Assembly (NCBI RefSeq): GCF_000143415.4
Contig: NW_003314316.1
Coordinates: forward strand, 194,048 to 258,047
DNA: 64,000 bases
Source: Selaginella moellendorffii
Taxonomy: Eukaryota > Plantae > Lycopodiophyta
Direction of reading: 5' to 3'
The translations under genes were made by a program, and so were the position numbers. Positions 62,044 through 64,000 of the stretch are shown here, in pieces; position 1 is the first letter of the stretch, and the number at the start of each line of letters is the position of its first letter. Under the pieces are notes generated by a model. That model had not been told where the DNA came from, did no database searches, and saw only the letters and a program-made list of their open reading frames with translations.

Positions 62044-64000
62044 TCATGTAAAATTGTGGGATGAAGAGAAAAATAGTTTTCCATGATTGTTTTTCTGTTT
62101 TTCTTCTTTCCCAAATTTAGTTTTTACTAGTTTAAATATCTCTTGCACATCTTTTCTTTTGGGATTTGTAACTAATTTACTTTTGAGAAGATGTGAATCT
62201 AAAAATTTCATGAGGCTTTCTTTGATTTCATCCACCACTGCATTTACTATCTCTCCAACACTAGCAAAATGTCCTCCAATTTTGGCCCCAATAAATAAAA
62301 AGATTAATGTATGTTTAAGTACTGGAGCAAATTTCTCGAGCCAATTTGGTGGGAGATCCAATTCAACACCCATAGAATTCTTCACTTGATGACCTCCAAC
62401 TCCTTGAGCATAAATTCCCCCATGCCATTCACACAAGTAATGAAGTTTGATACATGTTCCCAATAATTTACTGTAATTCTTCCATATATTATTCCCATCA
62501 ACAATATATGGATACTTTGGGCAGTCGACCTCTAATTTTAATAACATTTGCAAACATCTTGTATGTATTGCATTTACTTTATCCATGGTAAACTTAAGTT
62601 CATTCTTGAGTTTGTTGAGATTTATTTCAATGTCATTAAGTTTTATATCCACCTTGTCAAAATGGTTATCTAATTTATCAAACCTTTTATCAAAATATTT
62701 GAAGAATGTATTGAGCTCTGGATCTCTCATGTTTGGAACCTTAGTAACATCTAATAATGCCTTGGCAATTGTGACTTTTGCAACCTCCTCATAATCCTTT
62801 AAGAATTCATAAAGTTCAACTAGCTTATTCATCACTTCATGTTGTTGCTCATTAGGCATTAATAGCTTCGCCAAAGCATTATCATCTGAGACCTTCAAAT
62901 CACTAATCATATCCCAACTTTCTGCTTCACATGAATACTTCCAAGTGTGGGAGTAGTCTAGACCTCTTTCTTTAGCTTCTTCTTTGACTTTCTTTAGTGA
63001 ACAAATAATTGTATCCCATGATTTTAGTTTGCCTAATTCTAGTTTGCCCATTTGATTTAGTATCCTTTTCCACACATAACTATGCTTCATCACATTTTCT
63101 TCAATTTCCAAGAATGGGCAATCCTCCATACATACCCTAATAATGCAACTTCTAACTTTTACCATCCATCCTTCTACTTCTTTCTCTAAATCTAGCCTTA
63201 ATGTATTCCTCACCTCCTTTGGGAAGCAAATGATGACATCAACCCATTGCCTATTTTTCCAATTGTCTATGTCTCCCCCAACTCTCACAATTGTCTCAAT
63301 AAGGTTCTCTTTAAAAGCCACCCATCCATTTCCAAACCTGACACCTGGCTTACACAGTTTATGAAGCTCAACTTGGATCTTTGTGAAAATACTTGCAGAA
63401 AACAATTTCAAGTCCTTGTCTTTGCATTCAAACCTCCTGCCCCAGTAGTTCTGGTTTTTTTGAGTGTCACTTGGCACTAATGGTGATGCTAAATATTCTG
63501 GAGGTGAATAATCTTCTTGCAATAGTGTTGGCACTACCAACTCTTTGGGCAACTTACACCAATTTCCATCCCATGTATCATCCCAAGGCAATATCACTCC
63601 CATCTCATGGAGCACTGCAAGAGTGTATTCCACTATTTTGTCTTGGTTCCCACATTGTTGCCCCGGAGGGCCCGAACTCTCTGTGTTTCCATATGACTTT
63701 CAACTTTGCCCATCTTGGAATGTATGAAGAGTCGCACCACATCCCTCATAAACCATTGGACATCCAAGATGACAAATTGAGACACAATGTCATCCTCTTC
63801 ATGTCCCAAGCCAAAGTAAATTGCATCTCCACAATCATGTAGATATTGCAAGACGAATTTGATAACATTCTTCAAGGCTTCTCCACTTTTGAAACTACTG
63901 TTAGGCAAGAGGATTTCACCAACTTTGTCCAAGGGTATGACCTTCTTGTGACTTGCACCTTGTATCAGTTTCCTCTTTGCCTTGAGACATTCCTGTGGTA
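62044..64000 (-). pseudogene. TORNADO1-like ROCO (Roc-COR) protein, C-terminal part; frameshifted, continues past the window end
   Basis: VLQYLHDCGDAIYF...VILDVQWF (COR-like), YWGRRFECKD...FTKIQVELH, coiled coil, CPKYPYIV...LHYLCEW...HQV...FAPVL resembling the TRN1 C-terminus. Frame break between ~63633 and 63700. Confidence 0.7.

Overview
Eukaryotic plant DNA, not prokaryotic. The short GT-AG introns (about 45-110 nt), tight gene packing, gene repertoire and 100-N scaffold gap point to the lycophyte Selaginella (probably S. moellendorffii; inference). Layout: (1) 0.2-6.7 kb: HAD hydrolase, a secreted precursor with three Asp-Tyr (sulfopeptide-like) modules, and a GxGD signal-peptide-peptidase-like protease with a plastid-type N-terminus. 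(2) 6.7-26.9 kb: AT-rich nest of decayed transposons, with a SWIM remnant, three Ty3/Gypsy chromovirus-like elements, a TRIM, a solo LTR and a Cassandra-type TRIM with 5S rRNA promoter sequence in its LTRs. (3) 26.9-51.9 kb: dense gene block with two divergent small plastid-targeted genes, a class A ARF, VAPYRIN, tRNA-Ala, T-type-like rbcS, tRNA-Leu, PLIP-type lipase, PYL/RCAR ABA receptor, p24, a small membrane protein and Fd-GOGAT. (4) 52-64 kb: rearranged zone with F-box duplicates, scattered Fd-GOGAT pseudogene fragments and a frameshifted TORNADO1-like ROCO gene. Best novelty candidates: the multi-module DY peptide precursor (2763-3298), the 5S-bearing Cassandra-like TRIM (13891-14527), the intronless plastid protein resembling a cyanobacterial family (27531-28274) and the putative plastid SPP. 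Exon boundaries were read by hand and homologies come from recall, not database searches.
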